Shown here piece after piece: positions 27,283-36,599 of a DNA stretch of 64,000 nucleotides. Origin of the DNA: an uncultured Candidatus Saccharibacteria bacterium (GTDB taxonomy: Bacteria; Patescibacteriota; Minisyncoccia; Phycocordibacterales; DATDWN01). The notes beneath the pieces were generated by a model that was not told where the DNA came from, made no database searches, and saw nothing but the letters and a program-made list of their open reading frames with translations. The stretch lies in the NCBI GenBank assembly GCA_964428435.1, contig CAYRYA010000004.1, forward strand, positions 8,116 to 72,115. The letters are read 5' to 3'. Position numbers and translations under genes: made by a program. Position 1 is the first letter of the stretch; each line of letters opens with the position of its first letter.

Positions 27283-27570
27283 CTATATGAGAATATCCGC
27301 TTTCAATTTTGCAATCTCTTCTTTAAGCAGGAGTGTGAACGTTGGAATTTTGCGTTCAAGAAAAAGTACAACGTCTTCAGGAGTTGTTGCATCTTCATTG
27401 AGAAGAAGATCGAACTCATCTTGCTCAACCTCCGAGAGAATATCAAGTGAACGCACTAAAATCGCCTGGTATATCAAGCGTCCAATACGATCAACCATGT
27501 CTATTTGCTCCTCCTGAGGCAGATCCCCTAGCCCCCATTCAGATACTATGTCTTTTGATATAGGGTTCAT
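27283..27570 (-). CDS. small strongly acidic protein, hypothetical; translationally coupled to upstream giant gene
   Basis: 95 aa, rich in D/E (…EEQIDMVDRIGRLIYQ…EVEQDEFDLLLNEDATTPEDVVLF…); starts 3 nt after stop of 27574..30909 gene. Confidence 0.5.
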   Translation of the reverse strand: MNPISKDIVSEWGLGDLPQEEQIDMVDRIGRLIYQAILVRSLDILSEVEQDEFDLLLNEDATTPEDVVLFLERKIPTFTLLLKEEIAKLKADILI

Positions 27571-27573
27571 ATG

Positions 27574-30500
27574 TTATTTTTTCAATTTAAAGAACATTTT
27601 GTTTTTTTCCACTGCTTTTCGAGCAAAATCAAATGCTTGTTCAAAATCACTCTTTACACCAAACATACCAGTACCAAGTGAACGGTCATACTGCAAACCG
27701 ACACCCTCATCAATGACACTACCTGTACCAATCTTCTGCCCATTGAGTAATATTGTAAGCTCTGAGCCTTTCTGAAACACATTGATTCGTCCTCCGTTAT
27801 ACTCGATTGGGTACCGTAAGTCAATCATATCTGCAGGTAAATCCATAAGTCTTTTTTCGAGTTCAATATTGTATGCAGTACGAATATTTTTGAATTTTGG
27901 ATCAAATTGATACTCAGGTTTAAGTGGTAATTTTCCTGAAATAATATCTGAAGGTCGTATTTGTTCAGTATTCACTGAGACAATATCTTTAAAATTAACA
28001 GAACGAGCTGGGATATTCTCTATCGATGAAGACGCTACGATAGTTGCTGCATCAGCAGCTATAGATTCTCCTGGTGTAGCTGATACTTTCAATTCTGGTG
28101 TACTTTCAAGAACTGAAGGGTGTGTAGCAGGTGCAACCTGAGGAGGTTGTGTTTTAACAACATGATCTTCGACAGGAGTCGGATCAGTTGAAGTTGACAG
28201 ACCGTCCGCGTCAAACATTTTTCCTGTATAAGGATGTATTGCGCCATCACTTTCCATAAGTATCTCCGTTGCACCACTTCCATCACGCACCAAGGAAAGA
28301 TTTCCTTCTGCATCGATAGCAAGTTTTTCTCCTTTGAACCCGAATGCACTTTCTGCAGCTTGTCCTGGTTTAAAGAGACCTAAATCGAGAGCAATCTTTT
28401 GTGGAGACTGAGCAAATAGTTTTTCAAATGCAGGTGTAAGCGACTGACCTTGAGTCGCTTTTTTAAGTTGATCTATTGTGTCAATAAAACCTTTACTTGA
28501 AAGCCCTACTTCAACTGGTTGCATTGTTACAGGAATACTCTGCTCCACAACAGAGGCGGTAGGTTTTTCAATAATGGCTGTCTTTTGTGTAGGAGCATCT
28601 TCCTTAATGAGTTTATTCCACCATGAAGATTTTGTTGGAGCAGGAACATCAACAACAGAATGTGCTGTTGTAAGTGCATCATGTGCAGCATTTATTCCTG
28701 CGCCAGTACCCACGGACGTAGCTCCTCCCACTGCCATCATAAGCGCAGCTTTTTTTATACGATCACGTTTTGCCTGAACTTCTGCTTCTGACTCATATGC
28801 CTCAAAATCTCCAATTTTTTCATCCTGTTGCCCACCGTCAATTGTCGCGAAATTTTTCAAAGCTTTTTCTTTTTCAGCGAGCATCTTTTCTTGTTGTTGT
28901 TTACCTACCACAGACCCAGCATACTTTGCTCCCATTGCACCAGCGAAACCTCGCGCTGCTCGCATTGATGCAGTTGCAGCAAAACCTCCTACACCACCCG
29001 AAACGAGAGAAAAGAATGCTGATGATAGTGCAACACGAGCAAGGACAGGTAACTGTGCCCATTTATCCATAGACCTTGCCATAATACCTCTTTCTTTTTC
29101 AGGAAGAGCTTCTGCAATAAGCGTATTGAGCGTGTCTCGCTCCTTCTTAAACTGTTCCATTACTCCAATATCAAGATGTTTCGTTGTTTTTTTCTCAATA
29201 ATAGAAAAATCATGCGGCCGAGAAATTGTTTCCTCTACCTCAACATGACGTCGTGCAATAAAATTTCTCAATGCACGACCAGCCTCCATGTATTCTTTTT
29301 TAGCATCGAGATAGGCCTGATCTATATCTCCTTCAGCATCAGGACGCTGTTTAGACGGAACACCAAGTTCAGTCATAATCTTCTCATACACTTTCTTGCT
29401 TGAACGAATCTTTTCTTTACGAAGCGCTTCTTGTGCTGCAAAATGCTTAAGTGACTCCTCCAATTTAGACGAGAGTTCTTTTTCTATTTTTTCTGATTGA
29501 TCTTGCGTCATTGGTCCTGCTGGCTCAGGATATGCTGCTCCAATGAACTGATGCACAGCATTTGGAGAAATCTCAATTCGCTGAGCCTTGAGTGCGGCGT
29601 CACTGACACGCTCATCAAGACTTCTTTCAGATAAAGGTTTTTCAGTATATACCGGCGGTGGAGGTGCTACACCTCGTTCAGCAACATCTTTTACTGTAAT
29701 CACAGGGTGAGATACCACCTGAGTAGGTCTTATGGTGGTGACAGGGGGTATGATTTTCTTTGGACTCTGCAGAGGGATACTTGATCCCACAACCGGTGGT
29801 GGCTCTGGCGTCAACCAATCAGGGTAAGTTGTTTCTGTATCTTTCCCTTGCGCAATCTGTACCAAACTTTCATATTCACTTGGTAATAGTACAGCTTTAA
29901 CATCAGCTAAATTTTTAATGATATCTTCAATTTTTTCACCATCTACTTTGAATCTAAAAAATGTTTTTAGTGCTGTTTTTATGTTCTTATTTTCAATATC
30001 ATATTTTTTTATCAATCCGTTGAACGTATCCACTATTTTCTTATACGTAGGATTTTGAGGTTTTTCAACCATATCAGGACGCATCATAAATGCATTATGT
30101 ACTTTTGCCTCAGTAGTGTTGTATCCAGACGCATCATCAGTCATACCAGGACGCATCATAAATGCGTTGCGTACCTTTGCTTCAGTATTATATCGCGAAG
30201 CATCATCAGCCATCTTTTCTGGTTGAGGTGTTGACGTATCGAAACCTGATTGACCCAAAAAACCTTCGCCTGAAGGATCTATCCCCTCAATATTTCCTTG
30301 GTTTAATATATCCTCAACCCACACCGCACCATCTACAAGAGTACTCTTTACTTTATCTACCTGTGAAAGTTCTTGTGAACGATCAGATCCCCCCGCAAAG
30401 CCAAAGGTTGGTCTAAATGTTCCATCAACACCACCCTTCAAAAGATTTCTATCTAAGAGACTCTCTAATGCCCTACTAATACGTAGACGAAGATTTGATC

Positions 30501-30909
30501 CTCTTCCAGATCGAGGATCACCTTCACCTTTGTTTCGTAGAATTGCGTTAACAATCTGATCCGGTGTGAGCGGAGTTTCTTTTGTAACACTTATAACATC
30601 TTTCTCTATATCAGAAATTGGAAATTGTCCTGCAGTAATTTCTACTGGCTTTAACTCATTTTTTTGTAGAGGTGGTATGGAAACACGTATTGGTACTATT
30701 TTTTTAGAAACAGTAGATATTCTGTTTTTCAAAATTTTTCCAGATTCTTTTGCCGCCTGCTGAATACCTTCTTCAATCTCTTGTTCTTCTAACACACCGA
30801 AAGGATTTTTAACCCCTGTGTCTTCAAGCATTTCTGCTAACTCCTTAAGATATTTTTCGCGGTCTGGATTAAGTGGTTCTTTTTCGTATATTTTCTGAGA
30901 ATCTTCCAT
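27574..30909 (-). CDS. large (~1112 aa) hypothetical protein with two Gly/Ala-rich hydrophobic segments, inserted between fusA and tuf
   Basis: Continuous ORF. Start set at MEDSQKIYEKE (TACAAT 6 nt upstream, leaderless-like). The annotated TTG start at 30978 lies inside the fusA terminator hairpin. Tandem 22-aa repeat, Pro-rich linker, GxxxG-rich hydrophobic segments; no catalytic motif recognised. Confidence 0.7.
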   Translation of the reverse strand: MEDSQKIYEKEPLNPDREKYLKELAEMLEDTGVKNPFGVLEEQEIEEGIQQAAKESGKILKNRISTVSKKIVPIRVSIPPLQKNELKPVEITAGQFPISDIEKDVISVTKETPLTPDQIVNAILRNKGEGDPRSGRGSNLRLRISRALESLLDRNLLKGGVDGTFRPTFGFAGGSDRSQELSQVDKVKSTLVDGAVWVEDILNQGNIEGIDPSGEGFLGQSGFDTSTPQPEKMADDASRYNTEAKVRNAFMMRPGMTDDASGYNTTEAKVHNAFMMRPDMVEKPQNPTYKKIVDTFNGLIKKYDIENKNIKTALKTFFRFKVDGEKIEDIIKNLADVKAVLLPSEYESLVQIAQGKDTETTYPDWLTPEPPPVVGSSIPLQSPKKIIPPVTTIRPTQVVSHPVITVKDVAERGVAPPPPVYTEKPLSERSLDERVSDAALKAQRIEISPNAVHQFIGAAYPEPAGPMTQDQSEKIEKELSSKLEESLKHFAAQEALRKEKIRSSKKVYEKIMTELGVPSKQRPDAEGDIDQAYLDAKKEYMEAGRALRNFIARRHVEVEETISRPHDFSIIEKKTTKHLDIGVMEQFKKERDTLNTLIAEALPEKERGIMARSMDKWAQLPVLARVALSSAFFSLVSGGVGGFAATASMRAARGFAGAMGAKYAGSVVGKQQQEKMLAEKEKALKNFATIDGGQQDEKIGDFEAYESEAEVQAKRDRIKKAALMMAVGGATSVGTGAGINAAHDALTTAHSVVDVPAPTKSSWWNKLIKEDAPTQKTAIIEKPTASVVEQSIPVTMQPVEVGLSSKGFIDTIDQLKKATQGQSLTPAFEKLFAQSPQKIALDLGLFKPGQAAESAFGFKGEKLAIDAEGNLSLVRDGSGATEILMESDGAIHPYTGKMFDADGLSTSTDPTPVEDHVVKTQPPQVAPATHPSVLESTPELKVSATPGESIAADAATIVASSSIENIPARSVNFKDIVSVNTEQIRPSDIISGKLPLKPEYQFDPKFKNIRTAYNIELEKRLMDLPADMIDLRYPIEYNGGRINVFQKGSELTILLNGQKIGTGSVIDEGVGLQYDRSLGTGMFGVKSDFEQAFDFARKAVEKNKMFFKLKK

Positions 30910-30969
30910 GTGTACATTGTATCTCGGTAGTGACCACAGACGCAATGAAAAAAAATTTCGTATGTGTAT

Positions 30970-31006
30970 AAAAAACAAAACTGGTATTTCACCAGTTTTG
31001 TTTTTT
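30970..31006. terminator. fusA terminator (perfect palindrome)
   Basis: AAAACAAAACTGGT-ATTTC-ACCAGTTTTGTTTT. Confidence 0.65.
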
Positions 31007-31083
31007 CATTTTTTATGAGTTACAACTTACCTTGAGGGTTTATGCTTGAGTTCGAGGCAAGAGTCTTGAGAGAATTTGTAGAC

Positions 31084-31172
31084 GTGAGAAGTGAGTGACC
31101 TCACTTCGCAAGACCTTGCCAGAGCTTTTGTAATCAAAAGATCGACAAGGTATACAGTTCCTGTAAGGAACA
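31084..31172. repeat. second copy of the 85-nt structured core found at 3658-3742
   Basis: GTGAGA-hairpin-CGCAAGACCTTG...TTTTGTAATCAAAAG...GTA.ACAGTTCCTGTAAGGAAC shared; the two hairpins differ in sequence but keep pairing. Confidence 0.5.
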
Positions 31173-31234
31173 GTTGTACGGCGGAAAATTCTATCAGACG
31201 AGTAACGAAGAAATCGAGCAAAAGGACCAAGGTG

Positions 31235-33376
31235 TTACTTCCGAGACTCCACAATAGTTTTCTCGACGTTAGGTGGAACCACTTCATAATGATCAAACTC
31301 CATTGTTACCGATCCACGACCCTGAGTCATAGAACGAATATCTGTGGTGTATCCAAACATTTCTGATAGAGGAACTTTTGCTTTGATAACTTTCAAACCA
31401 AATCGCTCTTCCATACCTTCGATCTGACCTCGTTTTGATGAGAGTGAACCAGTCACATCTCCCATGAACTGTTCTGGCATTACCGCCTCTACTTTCATAA
31501 TCGGCTCAAGAATAACAGATTTTGCTCTCTTTGCTGCTTCCTGGAATGCCTGTGATGCAGCAATTTTGTATGCAATTTCAGATGAGTCCACGTCGTGGTA
31601 AGAACCGAATGTAAGTTCACACGATACGTTTACCATCTTGTATCCTGCCACAATACCTCGATCCATCGCCTCTTTAACACCCTTCTCTACAGCAGGAATA
31701 AATTCTTGTGGGATCACACCTCCTTTAATAGAGTCAATGAATTCAAACTCATCATATCGCTTCACGTTTTTAGCAACTTTCTCACCTTCAGCAAGTGGCT
31801 CAAGCGGCTTGATAGAGATCTTCACGTGACCGTACTGACCTTTACCTCCCGTCTGTTTGATGTATTTGTGTTCAGCTTCAGCAGAACCAAGAATAGTTTC
31901 TCGATATGCCACCTGTGGTTTACCGATATTTACTTCCACACCAAACTCTCGTTTCATACGATCAACCATGATTTCAAGGTGAAGCTCACCCATACCTGAA
32001 ATAATAGTTTCTCCTGTTTCAGTGTTTGATGAAATTCTAAATGTTGGATCTTCATCTCCAAGTTTCTTCAATGCCATACCCATTTTCTCTTGGTCAGCTT
32101 TTGTTTTAGGTTCAATTCGGAGAGATACCACTGGTTCAGCAAACTTGATTGGGTCAAGAATAATTGGTTTGTTTTCATCACAGAATGTATGCGATGTTTT
32201 CGCATTCTTGAGACCTACCGCAGCCGCGATTTCTCCTGCGTATACTTTTTTCACTTCTTCTCGGTCATTTGCCTGAAGTCGCACGATACGTCCAAGACGC
32301 TCTTTTTCACCTGTAGTTGAGTTATAGATATATGAACCTGATTCTACTGTACCTGAGTACACACGGAAGAATGTAAGCTGTCCTACGAATGGGTCTGTCT
32401 GGAGTTTGAATGCAAGTGCTGCAAATGGTTCATCGTCAGATGCCTTTCGAGAAATCTCCTCACCAGTCACTGGATCTGTACCGTGTACTGGTGGAATATC
32501 AAGTGGACATGGGAGGTAGTCTACCACTGCGTCAAGTACAAGCTGTACTCCTTTGTTTTTGAGTGCTGAACCAGTAAACACTGGGAAGAGTTTATTTGCG
32601 ATTACTGCTTTTCGAATCACTGCTTTCAATTCATCAATTGAAAATTCTTTTCCTTCGAGATATCCAGACATCATCGCATCATCAAACTCAACAGCCTTCT
32701 CTACAAGCTCTGCTCGGTACTTCACTGCATCTGCCATGTATTCTGCTGGGATTTCTTCCTCTCTGATCTTAATACCCATTTCACCTTCGAAATAATATGC
32801 TTTCATTTTCAAAAGGTCGATTACTGCTTCGAAGTTAGATTCTTCACCAATTGGAAGCTGCATTCGAACTGCATTTTTGTTGAGCCGTTCTACGATTGAC
32901 TTGAATGATCGATCAAACGATCCTCCTGTTCGGTCGAGTTTATTGATGAAACAGATTCGAGGCACATGATATTTATCTGCCTGTCGCCATACAGTTTCTG
33001 ACTGTGGTTCTACACCCGCTACACCATCAAAAACTACCACTCCACCGTCGAGCACTTTCAAGGATCGCTCTACTTCTACGGTAAAGTCTACGTGACCTGG
33101 TGTGTCGATAATATTGAATCGCAATTTCTTTGAAATATCTGTTCCCATGTATGTTGGGTTCCAGAAACAGGTAATAGCCGCAGCGGTAATAGTGATACCA
33201 CGCTCTTTTTCTTGTTCCATCCAGTCAGTGGTTGCTGCACCATCGTGCACTTCACCGATCTTGTGAGACATACCTGTGTAATACAAAATACGCTCTGATG
33301 TTGTAGTTTTACCTGCGTCAATGTGAGCAATAATACCGAAGTTTCGTACTCTCTCGAGTGGATAATCGCGATTCAT
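31235..33376 (-). CDS. fusA: elongation factor G
   Basis: [23 protein letters not shown]-motifs and full domain II-V; start at [25 protein letters not shown]. Confidence 0.95.
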   Translation of the reverse strand: MNRDYPLERVRNFGIIAHIDAGKTTTSERILYYTGMSHKIGEVHDGAATTDWMEQEKERGITITAAAITCFWNPTYMGTDISKKLRFNIIDTPGHVDFTVEVERSLKVLDGGVVVFDGVAGVEPQSETVWRQADKYHVPRICFINKLDRTGGSFDRSFKSIVERLNKNAVRMQLPIGEESNFEAVIDLLKMKAYYFEGEMGIKIREEEIPAEYMADAVKYRAELVEKAVEFDDAMMSGYLEGKEFSIDELKAVIRKAVIANKLFPVFTGSALKNKGVQLVLDAVVDYLPCPLDIPPVHGTDPVTGEEISRKASDDEPFAALAFKLQTDPFVGQLTFFRVYSGTVESGSYIYNSTTGEKERLGRIVRLQANDREEVKKVYAGEIAAAVGLKNAKTSHTFCDENKPIILDPIKFAEPVVSLRIEPKTKADQEKMGMALKKLGDEDPTFRISSNTETGETIISGMGELHLEIMVDRMKREFGVEVNIGKPQVAYRETILGSAEAEHKYIKQTGGKGQYGHVKISIKPLEPLAEGEKVAKNVKRYDEFEFIDSIKGGVIPQEFIPAVEKGVKEAMDRGIVAGYKMVNVSCELTFGSYHDVDSSEIAYKIAASQAFQEAAKRAKSVILEPIMKVEAVMPEQFMGDVTGSLSSKRGQIEGMEERFGLKVIKAKVPLSEMFGYTTDIRSMTQGRGSVTMEFDHYEVVPPNVEKTIVESRK

Positions 33377-33425
33377 AAAATAATGATTAAAGATTAATGA
33401 TAAAAGATTAAAGAATAATACAGAA
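33377..33425. repeat. family 2 5'-UTR element, partial, upstream of fusA
   Basis: aatgattaaagattaatgataaaagattaaagaataat; on minus strand TCATTAATC..TTAATCATTATTTT-ATG. Confidence 0.5.
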
Positions 33426-33564
33426 ATGCATACACAAATCAATACAACTCAAAAAAGCTGAGGCGACTTGAATACCCAAAACTATATACTAAAAGCGCCC
33501 TGTGGGCAACTTGGTTGACATATATTTTGTACATGTTTAAATAGTCTTCATGTCTGTTCTTTCA

Positions 33565-33795
33565 ACAACCACCCCCCCAGAGACGGCGTCTTTCGCTGCG
33601 GGCCAAGAAGCTTGGCACAATGGGAATCGCGTATTCATCGTCATGGAGGTAAATCGTCGGCTTAAACCTAACGAGCCCTCTTACAAAGTCCGCCAAGGAT
33701 TGACCGCCATCACAGTCTCGCACAGCGAGCTCTCCCTGACAAGGCGCTAGCACCTATTTCTCCAACCTCGCCTCCCCTAGTTAGGGGAGGCGTTA
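33565..33795. other. GC-rich (~55%) ORF-poor island between rpsG terminators and fusA; possible structured RNA or foreign remnant
   Basis: Local GC well above neighbourhood. Ends in perfect hairpin CGCCTCCCCTAGTTAGGGGAGGCG. Flanked by two further terminator hairpins (33808-33850, 34030-34060). Only short overlapping ORFs (63-66 aa) with no recognisable features. Confidence 0.3.
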
Positions 33796-34029
33796 ACTTA
33801 TATAAAACAATACCATTTAAAAAACATCCTTCCGGATGTTTTTTAAATTACCATGCACTGTTTTATTTCGACTAGCTTCGAGTGAAATAGAAGAGTAATC
33901 TCTTTTATTTTCGAGATGCGACGTCGAAACCAGAGGTAATCCTCTTTATTTTGCGTAGTAAAAACCTCAAAAAGTTTTTTAAATGGATGGGCCGCCAAGA
34001 GTACTCGGCGTGCTCCATTTTGCAACTGG

Positions 34030-34060
34030 AAATTAAAACCACCCTTTCGGATGGTTTTAA
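34030..34060 (-). terminator. terminator after rpsG
   Basis: AAAACCATCCGAAAGGGTGGTTTTAATTT on minus strand, right after rpsG stop. Confidence 0.6.
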
Positions 34061-34061
34061 T

Positions 34062-34532
34062 TTACCAGGCAAAATGGGCAAACGCTTTGTTGGCTTCAGC
34101 CATTTTATGAGTGTTTTCTCGTTTCTTCACTGCTTCACCCTCATTTTTAGCTGCAAGCATGATTTCTTCTGCAAGCTTTTCTGCCATCGGAGAGCCTTTT
34201 TTAGATCGAGCTGCTTCTACAATCCATTTCATTGAAAGATAGTTTCGTCGCTCTGGTCGAACTTCTCGAGGAATCTGGTAGTTTGCACCTCCCACTCGTC
34301 GTGATCGTACCTCCATCAAAGGTCCTGTGTTCTTGAGTGCTGTATCGAAAACCTCCATAGGATCTTCAACCTTTGCCTTTTCTTTAATAGTCTCGAGTGC
34401 ACCATATACAATACCTCGTGCAGTCTCTTTCTGTCCTCGTTCCATAACATAGTTAATAAACTTAGAGATTTTCTCTGAGTTGTATACGTGGTCCGCAGAC
34501 ACCATATTTCGATTTGTTACTTTTCGTCGCAT
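34062..34532 (-). CDS. rpsG: 30S ribosomal protein S7
   Basis: 156 aa; S7 conserved core. Confidence 0.9.
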   Translation of the reverse strand: MRRKVTNRNMVSADHVYNSEKISKFINYVMERGQKETARGIVYGALETIKEKAKVEDPMEVFDTALKNTGPLMEVRSRRVGGANYQIPREVRPERRNYLSMKWIVEAARSKKGSPMAEKLAEEIMLAAKNEGEAVKKRENTHKMAEANKAFAHFAW

Positions 34533-34540
34533 GTTTTGTT

Positions 34541-34617
34541 TGGATTGATGATTATAGATTAAGGATTAATGAAAGGGATTTCTCTGATTCTTTAATCTTT
34601 AATCCTGTATCTTTAAT
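34541..34617. repeat. family 2 5'-UTR element, full copy
   Basis: ggattgatgattatagattaaggattaatgaaagggatttctctgattctttaatctttaatcctgtatctttaatc between rpsL and rpsG. Confidence 0.7.
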
Positions 34618-35043
34618 CTATTTCTTAGTTGCACCACCTTTACCTTTCTTTGCACCATATCGACTTCGAGATTTACCTCGTTTGTCTACACCTGTCGCAT
34701 CGAGTACACCTCGAACGATCTGATATCGGAGTCCTACGTCTTTTACCTTTCCACCTCGGAGCATTACCACTGAGTGTTCCTGGAGTGTATGACCCATACC
34801 TGGGATGTATGCAGTAACTTCCATACCGTTTGAAAGTCGAACTCGGGCAATTTTTCGAATCGCTGAGTTAGGTTTCTTTGGAGTCTTTGTAGTTACTTTT
34901 GTACACACCCCTCGTTTAAATGGTGATGAATAAAAAATAGGGCGGTTCTTAAGTACGTTAAAACCACGAGTAAGCGCAACTGATCGCACTTTTCGCTTTA
35001 CGCTTGAACGGCTTTTCTTTACTAATTGATTTATCGTTGACAT
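34618..35043 (-). CDS. rpsL: 30S ribosomal protein S12
   Basis: 141 aa; [12 protein letters not shown]...PKKPNSA(I)RK typical S12. Confidence 0.95.
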   Translation of the reverse strand: MSTINQLVKKSRSSVKRKVRSVALTRGFNVLKNRPIFYSSPFKRGVCTKVTTKTPKKPNSAIRKIARVRLSNGMEVTAYIPGMGHTLQEHSVVMLRGGKVKDVGLRYQIVRGVLDATGVDKRGKSRSRYGAKKGKGGATKK

Positions 35044-35139
35044 TGGCTACTACTCTAATACATATCAGGTAAAAATGCAACAGCTCTTTAAAGTATTTTA
35101 CCTGTCCTCTAAATAAACATCTTTTTCTTGCTTCCTTCA

Positions 35140-35235
35140 AGCCTCCGGCGAGGCTCTCAGCCGTCCTCAGCCCAAACCTGTCAAGAACGGGGTGCCTTGA
35201 CAGGTCCATGCTTTGGGCCTGCGGGGGCGCGAAAA
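35140..35235. other. GC-rich multi-hairpin element between rpsL and divergent gene
   Basis: GCCUC-CGGC-GAGGC; 9-bp perfect stem CCUGUCAAG/CUUGACAGG nested in GCCCAAA/UUUGGGC; strand not determined. Confidence 0.3.
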
Positions 35236-35356
35236 AGACATTTATTCAGGGGACTTTCCGAGTATTACGGAACCATTGACACACTTGTTTTTTAATGTGA
35301 AGTGTGATATATTTTTTTCGAACAGTAGTACAATCAACAAACAGGAGTTCTCCTTC

Positions 35357-35890
35357 ATGATCATTCCAGTTGTATCCCGAAAGACCCGACAGGCTGTGAT
35401 GGCGGAGTTTTATTCTTACGAGCACGCCTCAAAATACTGCAGTGCTATGTGCACGAGGTTAGAACAGATTGAGGAGGGTGGGGAAGGACTTAATCCTGTT
35501 ATATCCAAACTTCTCTTCAAAATTCTTACTGTCTACAAAGACAAGAGAATGGCAGGACATATGGTTACATTTGGCTTCATGGTCTATCAAGCAATCGAGA
35601 TGACTATAGGAACTGAAAACATGCCGAGGCTCGATGACCATATTGGTGCTCCTATTCAACAAGAGTACTTGAGAGACCCAAAGGGTTGTTCTCAAAGTCT
35701 TTCAAGTCGTGTTGCACAGGAAAATACTCAGATTTCGATGCTTTGTGTCGACCTTTGCGGTCTTCTTGTGATGTCTGACGATCCGAAAGAAAAGAAAATT
35801 CCATCCATGGCAATGGCCGCAGGCATGATGGTTTATCGTTTCCTAGAGAGTCAGATGGAAGCCGATCGAATGAAGAAAAGTTTCCTATAG
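35357..35890 (+). CDS. hypothetical protein (GC higher than surroundings)
   Basis: 177 aa from ATG 35357 with AGGAG 8 nt upstream; followed by terminator 35893-35935; no motifs recognised. Confidence 0.45.
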   Translation: MIIPVVSRKTRQAVMAEFYSYEHASKYCSAMCTRLEQIEEGGEGLNPVISKLLFKILTVYKDKRMAGHMVTFGFMVYQAIEMTIGTENMPRLDDHIGAPIQQEYLRDPKGCSQSLSSRVAQENTQISMLCVDLCGLLVMSDDPKEKKIPSMAMAAGMMVYRFLESQMEADRMKKSFL

Positions 35891-35892
35891 TT

Positions 35893-35935
35893 TCGCCAAC
35901 CGCCCTCACGGACAAGATCCGTTGGAGGGCGGATT
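35893..35935 (+). terminator. rho-independent terminator
   Basis: CCGCCCTC...GAGGGCGG stem then ATTTTGTT. Confidence 0.6.
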
Positions 35936-35938
35936 TTG

Positions 35939-36559
35939 TTACATCCCCACCCCAGTAATCACCTGGAAAAGAAAGCTCACTACCGGAGAGAGAAACTGTG
36001 ACAAGAAAAATACGAAGAAAATAAGGATTGTTGTGCCGTAGGCTTCCATGGTAGCCCGTAGGTGAGCCATATTGTAGGGTAAAAAGGCAAAGAGGATCTT
36101 TGATCCATCAAGAGGTGGGATGGGTACAAGGTTAAAGCATGCAAGAACAAGGTTAATTATGGTAATAGTTGCTGATATGTGCAGAAAATCCGTAGATACA
36201 GAAAACACACCTATTGTTGCAAAGCGTATAATGAGTCCGAAAAACACTGCAATACATATATTAATGAATGGTCCAGCAAAAGCCACTATTGCTTCACCCC
36301 ATTTTTGATTCTTGAGATTATACGGGTTAAAAGGTACTGGTTTTGCCCAACCAATAATAAAACCACCAAGCTGGTATGCTAAAAATGGCAGAATAACTGA
36401 ACCAAACCACTCTAAATGCTTGAGTGGATTAAGCGTGAGTCGACCCTGGAACCGTGCAGTGTTATCCCCCTGGAGATACGCAGCATACCCATGGGCAACC
36501 TCGTGAGCAACCACTGAAAACATAAGGATAAGTAATGAAAAGATAAAATCGATTTGCAT
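35939..36559 (-). CDS. site-2 protease family (peptidase M50) zinc metalloprotease
   Basis: 206 aa polytopic; HEVAHG (HExxH) in first TM region and NLVPIPPLDGS (LDG motif). Confidence 0.8.
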   Translation of the reverse strand: MQIDFIFSLLILMFSVVAHEVAHGYAAYLQGDNTARFQGRLTLNPLKHLEWFGSVILPFLAYQLGGFIIGWAKPVPFNPYNLKNQKWGEAIVAFAGPFINICIAVFFGLIIRFATIGVFSVSTDFLHISATITIINLVLACFNLVPIPPLDGSKILFAFLPYNMAHLRATMEAYGTTILIFFVFFLSQFLSPVVSFLFQVITGVGM

Positions 36560-36599
36560 ATTGGTAAAATTATGCTACCATATTCCCACATACAAATAT

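Noticed and set aside
27574-27990. C-terminal ADP-ribosyltransferase-like toxin domain in the giant ORF (R...S.L.T...Q/E pattern)
   Set aside because: The R/STS/ExE motif spacing could not be matched convincingly. Kept only as a weak hypothesis within the main finding.
33550-33753. Overlapping 66-aa (+) and 63-aa (-) ORFs in the GC-rich island
   Set aside because: Both strands open over the same interval (typical of GC-rich non-coding DNA); no RBS; region bounded by terminators. Treated as possible RNA, not CDS.
35140-35235. SRP (4.5S) RNA call for the GC-rich hairpin element
   Set aside because: The helix-8 consensus (GGUCAGGUCCGGAAGGAAGCAGCC with asymmetric loops) is not reproduced; the main stem is perfectly paired without the conserved internal loops.
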